From positions 1 through 57,564 of IMG/VR virus record IMGVR_UViG_3300004816_000007: 57,564 bases of DNA. One strand, 5' to 3'. This document shows, piece after piece, positions 36,778 through 45,334 of this stretch (its first letter is position 1; each line of letters opens with the position of its first letter). This DNA comes from a virus (taxonomy: Duplodnaviria; Caudoviricetes). The notes under the pieces are model-generated. The model did not search any database and was not told the origin of the DNA. It saw only the letters and a list, made by a program, of their open reading frames with translations. The position numbers were made by a program, and so were the translations under genes.

Positions 36778-39242
36778 TAGACAAACTAAAAGGTAAAAAA
36801 ATCATGGTGTGGACATTTATGGGCAATACCAGAATGTATCAAGCACTTCAAAGTTACGGTGACCGTATTGACACTGTTGGACTTTTTTCATTTAAGGTCA
36901 GAGCCACAGGTGAAATATATGAAACTGGAGTAAGTATCAGCAGTATGCTTACCTATATTAATCAATATCCTCATATCAAATGGCTACTTACTATATCAAA
37001 TGATGGTACCAACAGTATCTTCAAGGCACTGCGAGATAATACAAATGGTGCACAGGATATGTTTCTTTCTGAAATCGTCCGAATTATGGAGAAGTATCCG
37101 TGGTGTAGTGGTATTGATATCGACCTTGAAAAGGGTGACGATTATTCCACACACGCAGCAGCAACAGCAATGTTTTGTAATATATACAATACAGTAAAAG
37201 CATATGATTCAACGAAACTCATGAATATCTGCCTTCCTGGAATGACAAGTGTCAATGGTTCAGTTGGTGGTGAAAACTGGTGCGTTTATGCTGATTTAAA
37301 CAATTATTGTGATACGGTTTCTATTATGAGTTATGGAATGGCATGGGCTGGATCTGCTCCTGGGCCTGTTTCTCCGCGCAGTTGGCTTGAGGATATATAT
37401 GATTATGCGGTTACTGTTATAAACCCAGAGAAAATATTTTTTGGAATGCCTGCATATGGATGGAATTGGCGAATTCATGATACACCCGAAAACCTCGGTA
37501 GGACTTATCGAGGAACTTCTAATACTTACTATGCGGCAAAATACTGGATGACTGGAATATATAATTTTACAGATGATGCACCTCCACAACCTTTTATTCC
37601 TATAGTAGCTTATTGGGATGATAATAATAAAGTGCCATGGGCTTTACCTCATGTTTATGATTATATGGAAGGAAGGGACGCTATAAGTTATGAATATCCT
37701 CAAATGCAGGAAACATATAACGGAAGGCATTATCTAACAGCATATAGTAAGCAACAGCATACAGAATTTGGAACAATTTATATTGACCACGATGCTATGC
37801 CAGACAGCTATTCAGGTGTTGTTTCTGTATCTGAGACGATGACTACTCTTGGTGATGAAGGCGAAGCTACATATAATTTTTCGGTATCACAATCTGGTAC
37901 TTATGATGTAGCAATACAGCTTTGCTATCCTTTTTGGGATAAAAACAGCATTTATGTATCTCTTGATGGTGATATTGCGCATTTTTCTGAGAGTCGACTA
38001 TGGTGGCCATATTGGCGGACTACCTTTTGGACAACTCTTGCAAGCGGTATTTCTCTATCAGTGGGGACTCATACAATTACCATTTCTGTTGGAGTAAATG
38101 GTGTGCAGTTTTATGGCTTTAAAGTTTGTTCTTCATTTAGTGAAGAATCTACAGTTGGGGAGGCTATATATAGACTTGCACCCAGACAATTTAAAGATGT
38201 AAAGGGTGATATGGTAGGCCCTGCCACAGGTTTTAAACTGACGCTTGAAATGCTACGAAGAAAGCCAGATTCAGCGCTTGTTTGGTATGAGGATTTTAGA
38301 GATGATAACCCATTACCTGAGAGCTATTGGACAACTCTATCTGGACAATGGAGTGTCTGGCAGGATGGGAGTAGTATAGAAACAAGACCGTACTCACAAT
38401 TAGAAGGATACGGCGAGCTTGCTTGGAATTATAACAGTTTTTCTGATATACATTTAAGAGCACAGATAATATTTCCAGAAAATTTCAGTGGTAAGGCTGG
38501 CATTTTTCTTGGGAATCTATTTTGTTGTTTTAATTATGGTAGCCAAGCAATTGAATTGTATGAAGGGGCTACACTTAAAGGAAGTTATTTTACCAGCTTT
38601 TCCAAAACTACTGATGAAGAGCTTCGTTCTAATCCAAATGTGTATACACTTGAAATGCGTAAACGTGGGAACACAGTAAGGGTGTATTCATCTGCATCCC
38701 ATACTTTACGTTTTACAGCTACAGTTAGCAATGGCAGCGGTTATGCTGGTATTCGTTCAGATAGCAACGTTAATTGTCAGCTTTTAAGACTAGGTGATGC
38801 ATGGACTTATGAACCATATGAACAGTTTGATGTTTATATGCCAGATGGTAGCTTTAAAAGCTTTGGTAGAATATCTCGTAGTCACTGCATCTGGGATAAT
38901 AAATTTAAGGTGTTCACTCTCACATCGGATATAGAAGAGCCATCAACTAGAACGGAGGATATTTCTCTTGATTATGATTTCTTTCATTCAGATATAATGA
39001 CTTCTGTTACTTGTGGTAATGATTATACTGCAAGAATTGTACCGAGGGATATCAATATTTGGATATCAAGAATTTTCTTGGGTGATGCTGATGGCTTTTC
39101 CATTCTTTACTACCAAGATGTAGATAGTCTTGTATATTGGGCAAACGAGGCGGCATACCGATGGAAGTTACGAGGAATGTGTATATGGTCACTCGGTCAA
39201 GAAGATATGAGGTTGTGGAAATGGTTGCCAAAACAAACATAA
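36774..39242 (+). CDS. GH18 glycoside hydrolase with inserted carbohydrate-binding-like domains (probable virion enzyme)
   Basis: GIDIDLE catalytic motif, IMSY, PGPVSP..W, KI..G.P.YG..W, C-terminal LRG..IWSLGQED. Confidence 0.8.
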   Translation: MIDKLKGKKIMVWTFMGNTRMYQALQSYGDRIDTVGLFSFKVRATGEIYETGVSISSMLTYINQYPHIKWLLTISNDGTNSIFKALRDNTNGAQDMFLSEIVRIMEKYPWCSGIDIDLEKGDDYSTHAAATAMFCNIYNTVKAYDSTKLMNICLPGMTSVNGSVGGENWCVYADLNNYCDTVSIMSYGMAWAGSAPGPVSPRSWLEDIYDYAVTVINPEKIFFGMPAYGWNWRIHDTPENLGRTYRGTSNTYYAAKYWMTGIYNFTDDAPPQPFIPIVAYWDDNNKVPWALPHVYDYMEGRDAISYEYPQMQETYNGRHYLTAYSKQQHTEFGTIYIDHDAMPDSYSGVVSVSETMTTLGDEGEATYNFSVSQSGTYDVAIQLCYPFWDKNSIYVSLDGDIAHFSESRLWWPYWRTTFWTTLASGISLSVGTHTITISVGVNGVQFYGFKVCSSFSEESTVGEAIYRLAPRQFKDVKGDMVGPATGFKLTLEMLRRKPDSALVWYEDFRDDNPLPESYWTTLSGQWSVWQDGSSIETRPYSQLEGYGELAWNYNSFSDIHLRAQIIFPENFSGKAGIFLGNLFCCFNYGSQAIELYEGATLKGSYFTSFSKTTDEELRSNPNVYTLEMRKRGNTVRVYSSASHTLRFTATVSNGSGYAGIRSDSNVNCQLLRLGDAWTYEPYEQFDVYMPDGSFKSFGRISRSHCIWDNKFKVFTLTSDIEEPSTRTEDISLDYDFFHSDIMTSVTCGNDYTARIVPRDINIWISRIFLGDADGFSILYYQDVDSLVYWANEAAYRWKLRGMCIWSLGQEDMRLWKWLPKQT

Positions 39243-39253
39243 TGATGTTACAG

Positions 39254-39279
39254 GCATCTGCAAAAGCAGGTGCTTTTTT
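39254..39279 (+). terminator. Intrinsic terminator
   Basis: GCATCTGC AAAA GCAGGTGC TTTTTT. Confidence 0.65.
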
Positions 39280-39309
39280 AATACAGATTTTAAAGGAGGA
39301 TATGAGTTT

Positions 39310-39720
39310 ATGAAACAAATTTGGAGTGTTATTCAAGCCGTATTTACGGCGGTCGGTGGATTTCTTGGTTGGTTCTTGGGGGGTGTAGATGGGTTTCTAT
39401 ATGCGCTGATTGCTTTTGTGGTCATTGACTATCTTACAGGTGTTATGTGTGCCATTGTAGATAAGAAACTATCAAGTGAAGTGGGTTTCAAAGGAATTTG
39501 CCTTAAGGTGCTTATTTTTACTCTGGTAGGTGTTGGGAATATCTTGGACAATTATGTGCTTGGAGAAGGAAATGCTGTAAGAACTGCCGTAATTTTTTTC
39601 TATTTGTCCAATGAAGGTATTTCTTTATTAGAAAATGCTGCGCATATTGGACTTCCAATTCCCGAGAAGTTGAAAGAAGTATTAGAGCAGTTACATAACA
39701 AAGGCGGTGAAAATGAATGA
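39310..39720 (+). CDS. Phage holin (holin_4 family)
   Basis: GG.DG.L.AL..F..IDY.TG, SS..GFKGI..K, NEG.S.LEN....GLPIP..L. Confidence 0.92.
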   Translation: MKQIWSVIQAVFTAVGGFLGWFLGGVDGFLYALIAFVVIDYLTGVMCAIVDKKLSSEVGFKGICLKVLIFTLVGVGNILDNYVLGEGNAVRTAVIFFYLSNEGISLLENAAHIGLPIPEKLKEVLEQLHNKGGENE

Positions 39721-40655
39721 AGTTAGTTAAAAATATTTTGACAAAAAATCCTTGTTATGTTGCAGGAAAAACAATAACAGTTAAAGGTTTGATGCTGCAT
39801 TCAGTTGGTTGTCCTCAGCCGAGTGCAGCTGTATTTATTAAAAATTGGAATAGTGAAAGCTATAATAGAGCCTGTGTGCATGGCTTTATTGATGGAAATG
39901 ATGGTACGATTTATCAGACTTTGCCGTGGAATCATAGAGGGTGGCACTCTGGTGCAGCTGCAAATAACACTCATGTTGGCATTGAAATGTGTGAGCCAGA
40001 CTGTATTAAATATACTGGCGGTGCCACATTCATTTGCTCTGACATGGCTATGGCAAAAGAGGTAGCAACGAGAACGTATAATGCTGCTGTAGAGCTTTTC
40101 GCCTATTTGTGTGAGAAGTTTAATCTAGACCCCCTTGCAGATGGTGTGGTTATTTCCCACTCGGAAGGACATAAACGTGGAGTTGCATCAAATCATGCAG
40201 ATCCAGAACATTTATGGAATCAGCTTAATATTGGCTATACAATGGACACTTTCCGTGCTGCTGTTAAGGAGAAAATGGGAAAGACAACTCAACCTGCGCC
40301 AACCAAAGATACGACGAATAAATACCCAGAAAAGCTGACTACCGGTTACTACCGTGTTCGTAAAAATTGGAATGACAAGAAGACCCAGCTTGGAGCATAT
40401 CGAGTGCTTGTAAATGCAAAAGCACAGGTGGATAAGAATCCTGGATATTATGTTTTTTCTGATAGTGGTGTACGCATTTATCCAATTTCTGAAAACATAA
40501 CCTACAGAGAATATACAGTTGTTAAAGGAGATTCACTGTGGACCATTGCACATAAACTGCTGGGCAGCGGTATACGCTATACAGAAATTAAGGCGCTTAA
40601 CAATCTTACATCTAATACTATTTACAGCGGTCAAATATTGAAAATTCCTAACTAA
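39717..40655 (+). CDS. Endolysin: Amidase_2 plus LysM
   Basis: LMLHS, WHSG...N...GIE, ISHSE...S.H.DP; C-terminal YTVVKGDSLW.IA...I..LN. Confidence 0.9.
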   Translation: MKLVKNILTKNPCYVAGKTITVKGLMLHSVGCPQPSAAVFIKNWNSESYNRACVHGFIDGNDGTIYQTLPWNHRGWHSGAAANNTHVGIEMCEPDCIKYTGGATFICSDMAMAKEVATRTYNAAVELFAYLCEKFNLDPLADGVVISHSEGHKRGVASNHADPEHLWNQLNIGYTMDTFRAAVKEKMGKTTQPAPTKDTTNKYPEKLTTGYYRVRKNWNDKKTQLGAYRVLVNAKAQVDKNPGYYVFSDSGVRIYPISENITYREYTVVKGDSLWTIAHKLLGSGIRYTEIKALNNLTSNTIYSGQILKIPN

Positions 40656-40660
40656 AACGT

Positions 40661-40702
40661 ATGCCCTTGGAGGTTTAAAACTTCTGAGGGCATTATTTTT
40701 TT
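40661..40702 (+). terminator. Terminator closing the late operon
   Basis: ATGCCCTTGGAGG/CTTCTGAGGGCAT stem plus T-run. Confidence 0.75.
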
Positions 40703-40713
40703 ATCTTTTTTCT

Positions 40714-40758
40714 AAAAACGTCAGATTTCTCTTTCTCTTAAGGCTACTAAGTAGAGGG
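40714..40758 (+). promoter_or_regulatory. Bipartite repeated motif, copy 2
   Basis: AAAAACGTCAGATTT-N13-GGCTACTAAGTAGAGGG. Confidence 0.7.
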
Positions 40759-40794
40759 CAACAAATTAAACGCTCTCAGAAAGAGGTGAAAGTT

Positions 40795-41013
40795 ATGAAA
40801 CACAATTTGAAGATAAGTGTTTCAAAAGAACCACAAACAGGCGGAATTGTTACTTGCCGTAATGTCAGCATTAGGGAAAAGATACTTTGTTTTCTCTTTG
40901 GAAATAAACAACGAGTAACTATTCTTGTTCCAGGAGATAGCATCGAGGAACTTGCCATTTGTGAGACTAAGAAAGGAGGAACCGATGATGAGCAAAATCA
41001 AGTTACTGCTTGA
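40795..41013 (+). CDS. Conserved phage hypothetical protein
   Basis: MKHNLKISVSKEP...; SD GAGGTG. Confidence 0.7.
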   Translation: MKHNLKISVSKEPQTGGIVTCRNVSIREKILCFLFGNKQRVTILVPGDSIEELAICETKKGGTDDEQNQVTA

Positions 41014-41305
41014 TGTGGTTAGTGATATGCGTTCACTTGCAGATAGTATACAAACAGTTTGTGATGCAATGGGTACTGATGAATCTGCAGAATCTACTAA
41101 ATTAACCACAGAAACAAAGCCAACGAAAGAAACAAAATTAACACTTGAAGAAGTACGTGGTGTGCTTGCCCAAAAGAGCCAGATTGGATTTACATCAGAA
41201 GTAAGAGCAATTATTCAAAAGTATGGTGTCAACCGTTTAAGTGAAGTTGATCCAAAGCACTATGCTAAAATCTTAAAAGCAGCGGAGGTATTGGGTAATG
41301 AGTAA
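40985..41305 (+). CDS. Conserved phage hypothetical protein
   Basis: LTLEEVR..LA.KS..G....V..II.KYG...LS..DP..Y; SD AGGAGG. Confidence 0.7.
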   Translation: MMSKIKLLLDVVSDMRSLADSIQTVCDAMGTDESAESTKLTTETKPTKETKLTLEEVRGVLAQKSQIGFTSEVRAIIQKYGVNRLSEVDPKHYAKILKAAEVLGNE

Positions 41306-42437
41306 TCATGCAGTACTATCCGCATCCGCTTCACACAGGTGGCTAAATTGTCTACCGTCAGCAAGGCTTGAACTAGAATTTGAAAATAAAAGTTCCGAGG
41401 CAGCAAAGGAAGGAACGGCAGCTCATGAATTGTGTGAGCATAAATTAAAGAAAGCACTCCATATAAAGCGTAAGTGCCCTCTTTCAGAATATGAAGGTAA
41501 TGACATGGAAAGATACACAGATATGTATGTAGAGTTTGTTATGGAACAGTATGAAATGGCAAAGCAAGTATGCAAAGATCCTATTGTTCTTATTGAACAG
41601 CATCTTGACTTCTCATGCTATGTACCGGATGGATTTGGCACGGGAGACTGTATCATAATTGCCGATGATAAATTGCATATAATTGATTTTAAATACGGTA
41701 TGGGTGTTCTTGTTGATGCAGAAAACAATCCTCAGATGAAATTATATGCCTTGGGTGCGCTTGAAATCTATGACAGTCTTTATGATATAAAGGAAGTGGC
41801 AATGACCATCTTCCAGCCAAGACGTGAGAATGTCAGCACTTGGACTATTGCTGTTGATGAACTCAAAACTTGGGCAGAAGATGAACTAAAACCAAAAGCT
41901 ATTATGGCCTATAACGGAGAAGGTGAATATGTTCCAGGCGAGTGGTGTACTTTCTGCAGGGCAGCTGTCCGTTGTAGGGCAAGAGCCGAAGAAAAGTTAA
42001 AATTAGCACAATCAGAGTTTAAACTTCCACCATTACTTACAGATGCAGAAATAGAAGAAATTCTTGCTATTCTTCCTGATCTTACAAAATGGGCAAATAA
42101 AATTACAGCGTATGCTTTAGATGCAGCAGTTAACCATGGAAAAGAGTGGTACGGCTTTAAAGTTGTGGAGGGTCGCTCAGTTCGTAAGTATAAGGATGAA
42201 GATGCTGTAGCAGAAAAGGCAATGGCAAATGGATATAAGGACATTTATCGAAAGTCACTTATTCCAATGACACAGATGCAAAAATTAATGGGTAAAACCA
42301 AATTTGAGGAAATTCTTGGTGACCTTATTTACAAGCCACTAGGAAAGCCTACACTTGTTCCAAACTCAGACAAGCGAAAGGCTTATAACGTAACAAATGC
42401 CATAAACGAATTTAACGAATACAAGGAGGAAATGTAA
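41298..42437 (+). CDS. DUF2800 PD-(D/E)xK (Cas4-like) exonuclease
   Basis: HA.LS.S..HRWL.C, EGT.AH, FGTGD, IIDFKYG, Q..LYALG, C.FC...C. Confidence 0.85.
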   Translation: MSNHAVLSASASHRWLNCLPSARLELEFENKSSEAAKEGTAAHELCEHKLKKALHIKRKCPLSEYEGNDMERYTDMYVEFVMEQYEMAKQVCKDPIVLIEQHLDFSCYVPDGFGTGDCIIIADDKLHIIDFKYGMGVLVDAENNPQMKLYALGALEIYDSLYDIKEVAMTIFQPRRENVSTWTIAVDELKTWAEDELKPKAIMAYNGEGEYVPGEWCTFCRAAVRCRARAEEKLKLAQSEFKLPPLLTDAEIEEILAILPDLTKWANKITAYALDAAVNHGKEWYGFKVVEGRSVRKYKDEDAVAEKAMANGYKDIYRKSLIPMTQMQKLMGKTKFEEILGDLIYKPLGKPTLVPNSDKRKAYNVTNAINEFNEYKEEM

Positions 42438-42438
42438 A

Positions 42439-42990
42439 ATGGCTAATAATATTAATAAGACAAAGGTTATCACAGGTATAAACACAAGACTTTCTTATTT
42501 TCATGGATGGGAGCCAGTATCTATTAACGGCGGTGCTGAAAAGTACAGTGTATCTGTTCTTATTCCAAAGGATGATAAGGAAACGATTAATGCAGTAAAT
42601 GCAGCTGTTGATGCAGCAATCGAGGAAGGTATTGCTAAGTTTGGTGGTAAAAAGCCAAACAAGGCTGCTATAAAACTTCCACTACGTGATGGCGATGTGG
42701 AGCGTGATGATGAAGCTTACAAAGGACATTATTTTATCAATGCTAACAGCATGACAGCACCTCAAATTGTAGACAGATCTGTAAAACCTATTATGGATCG
42801 TTCTGAAGTGTACAGTGGTTGTTATGCTAGAGTTTCTCTAAATTTCTATGCATTCAATTCTAATGGCAATAAAGGAGTTGCTTGTGGACTAGGTAATATC
42901 CAAAAGATTAAGGACGGAGAACCCCTCGGAGGAAAAACTTCTGCAGCAGATGATTTTACAACTCTTGAAGAGGATGACTTTCTTTCTTAA
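42439..42990 (+). CDS. DUF2815 single-stranded DNA-binding protein (T7 gp2.5-like)
   Basis: KYS...LIPK, PLRDGD, YSGCY, GL.NIQK..DGE.LGG, acidic tail ending DDFLS. Confidence 0.85.
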   Translation: MANNINKTKVITGINTRLSYFHGWEPVSINGGAEKYSVSVLIPKDDKETINAVNAAVDAAIEEGIAKFGGKKPNKAAIKLPLRDGDVERDDEAYKGHYFINANSMTAPQIVDRSVKPIMDRSEVYSGCYARVSLNFYAFNSNGNKGVACGLGNIQKIKDGEPLGGKTSAADDFTTLEEDDFLS

Positions 42991-43007
42991 TCAGTATGCT
43001 TACTTAC

Positions 43008-43044
43008 AGGTGGTGGAGGAATACCCTTTGCCACCTTTTTTTTT
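43008..43044 (+). terminator. Intrinsic terminator between ssb and polymerase genes
   Basis: AGGTGGTGGAGG/CCTTTGCCACCT stem plus T-run. Confidence 0.65.
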
Positions 43045-43061
43045 AGAAAGAGAGGTGTGTA

Positions 43062-45002
43062 ATGCAGAATTTAGAAATAGATATTGAAACATATTCATCA
43101 GTAAATCTTTCCAAAAGCGGTGTTTATCGTTATGCAGAGGCAAGTGACTTTGAAATATTGCTGTTTGGATATTCTATCGATGGAGGCAAGGTAAATGTAA
43201 TAGATCTGGCACAATGTGAAACACTGCCGAAAGAAATAATTGATGCCTTAGAAGATGAGAATGTAACAAAGTGGGCTTTTAATGCTCAGTTTGAACGTAT
43301 TTGTTTATCACGGTTTTTAGGATTTCCTACAGGTAAATATTTAAATCCTGAATCATGGAAATGTTCAATGGTATGGTCTGCCTATATGGGACTTCCTTTA
43401 TCTTTGGTAGGTGTAGGTGCGATTCTTGGACTTGAAAAGCAGAAACTTACTGAAGGCAAAGACTTAATTCGATATTTCTGTGTTCCGTGCAATCCTACAA
43501 AGAAAAATGGTGGACGTACTCGTAATCTACCTAAGCATGATTTAGAAAAATGGAAGCGCTTTAAAGTTTATAATAAGCGAGATGTAGAAACTGAAATGCA
43601 AATTCAACAAAGACTTTTTAAATTCCCTGTGCCAGATAGTGTATGGGATGAATATCACCTTGACCAGGAGATAAATGATCGTGGTATTAAGGTGGATGAG
43701 GTATTTGTAAAACAGGCACTTGCTGTAGATAAGATATCTCATGATAAGCTTATGACAGTTATGCAGGAACTAACCAAACTTGAAAATCCAAATTCTGTCC
43801 AACAGATGAAACAGTGGCTTTCGGAAAATGGACTGGAAACAGATACTCTTGGTAAAAAAGCAGTAGCAAAACTTATAGAGGATGCTCCAGAACGTTTAGT
43901 AAAAGTACTTAAACTCAGACAGCAACTTGCCAAATCATCTGTAAAGAAATATACGGCAATGGAAAATGCAATGTGTAGGGATAGTCGTGTCAGAGGTATG
44001 TTCCAGTTTTACGGTGCAAACAGGACGGGGCGCTTTGCAGGAAGGCTTGTGCAGTTGCAGAACCTACCACAGAATCATATATCAGATCTTAGTGAGGCTC
44101 GTGGCCTCGTGAGAGGTGGCAACTACGATGCCCTTGATATGCTTTATGAAGATATTCCTGATACTTTATCACAGCTTATACGCACAGCTTTTATACCAAA
44201 GGATGGTACACGGTTTATAGTAGCTGACTTTTCTGCAATCGAGGCTCGTGTGATTGCTTGGTTTGCTGGAGAACAGTGGCGAGCAGAGGTATTTGCAAGT
44301 GGTGGTGATATCTACTGTGCATCGGCAAGTCATATGTTTAAAGTTCCTGTCCAAAAGCATGGTGTTAATGGCCATTTAAGGCAGAAAGGTAAAATTGCAG
44401 AATTGGCCCTTGGTTATGGTGGTTCAGTTGGTGCATTAAAGTCTATGGGGGCATTAGAAATGGGACTTGATGAAGAAGAACTCAAGCCACTTGTTGATGC
44501 ATGGAGACAAACCAATCCAAACATTGTAAGGCTTTGGTGGGATGTTGATAATGCCGTTAAGAAGTGTATCAAAGAAAGGAAACCTAAAGAAAGCCATGGG
44601 ATTAAGTTCTTTTGTAAAAATGGAATGTTATTTATTGTTCTACCTTCTGGTAGAAAACTTGCCTATGTCAAACCACTAATTGGAGAGAATCGGTTTGGTG
44701 GTGAATCAGTTACCTATGAAGGTGTTGGTGGAACAAAAAAATGGGAACGTTTAGAAAGCTATGGTCCAAAATTTGTGGAAAACATCGTTCAGGCTGCTTC
44801 CCGTGATCTTTTACTTTATGCCATGCAAACACTTAGGCATTGTTCAATAGTTGCTCATGTGCATGATGAAATTATAATAGAAGCTGATTCAAGCCTATCC
44901 CTTGATGTAGTATGCGAGCAGATGAGTGGAGTCCCTCACTGGGCAAAGGGGTTAATCCTTCGAGCCGATGGCTACACTTGTGATTTCTATCAAAAAGATT
45001 GA
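43062..45002 (+). CDS. Phage family A DNA polymerase with 3'-5' exonuclease
   Basis: DIETYS, AFNAQFE, TGRFAG..QLQNLP, ADFSAIEAR, RQKGK.AELALGYG, HVHDE. Confidence 0.92.
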   Translation: MQNLEIDIETYSSVNLSKSGVYRYAEASDFEILLFGYSIDGGKVNVIDLAQCETLPKEIIDALEDENVTKWAFNAQFERICLSRFLGFPTGKYLNPESWKCSMVWSAYMGLPLSLVGVGAILGLEKQKLTEGKDLIRYFCVPCNPTKKNGGRTRNLPKHDLEKWKRFKVYNKRDVETEMQIQQRLFKFPVPDSVWDEYHLDQEINDRGIKVDEVFVKQALAVDKISHDKLMTVMQELTKLENPNSVQQMKQWLSENGLETDTLGKKAVAKLIEDAPERLVKVLKLRQQLAKSSVKKYTAMENAMCRDSRVRGMFQFYGANRTGRFAGRLVQLQNLPQNHISDLSEARGLVRGGNYDALDMLYEDIPDTLSQLIRTAFIPKDGTRFIVADFSAIEARVIAWFAGEQWRAEVFASGGDIYCASASHMFKVPVQKHGVNGHLRQKGKIAELALGYGGSVGALKSMGALEMGLDEEELKPLVDAWRQTNPNIVRLWWDVDNAVKKCIKERKPKESHGIKFFCKNGMLFIVLPSGRKLAYVKPLIGENRFGGESVTYEGVGGTKKWERLESYGPKFVENIVQAASRDLLLYAMQTLRHCSIVAHVHDEIIIEADSSLSLDVVCEQMSGVPHWAKGLILRADGYTCDFYQKD

Positions 45003-45013
45003 TGTAATCTTAT

Positions 45014-45059
45014 AAAAACGTCAGATTTCACCTCTTACTATGGCTACTAGGTAGGAGGT
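45014..45059 (+). promoter_or_regulatory. Bipartite repeated motif, copy 3
   Basis: AAAAACGTCAGATTT-N13-GGCTACTAGGTAGGAGGT. Confidence 0.7.
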
Positions 45060-45067
45060 GTTTTTAT

Positions 45068-45292
45068 ATGAACATTAAAGAAGTTACAAATGGAATGCCT
45101 ATCATAGGTGAAGTAAAGAAAAAATCAAATGAACAGTTACAACATGAATATGACTATATTAGAGCAGATCAAATAACAAAAAGGATGTTTGAAAAAGGCC
45201 TTATTACTGAGGATGAATTAAATAAAATAACTGAATTGAATCGCAAGTATTTCTCCCCAAGTTTAGTCGAGATAATGCCTTGTAATCGTTGA
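45068..45292 (+). CDS. SHOCT-like small protein preceding the recombinases
   Basis: EYDY..A..I...M..KGLIT.DE..KI..LN...FSP. Confidence 0.7.
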   Translation: MNIKEVTNGMPIIGEVKKKSNEQLQHEYDYIRADQITKRMFEKGLITEDELNKITELNRKYFSPSLVEIMPCNR

Positions 45293-45334
45293 TATATAAA
45301 GGTTTCAGAGGTAATATGTGACACTGACAAGGAG

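Noticed and set aside
33466-39242. Diversity-generating retroelement or invertible tail-fibre cassette
   Set aside because: No reverse transcriptase, template/variable repeat pair or inverted tail gene copies seen
41298-42437. Cas4-like protein as evidence of a CRISPR-Cas system
   Set aside because: No repeat-spacer array or other cas genes; it lies in a nuclease-SSB-PolA replication module
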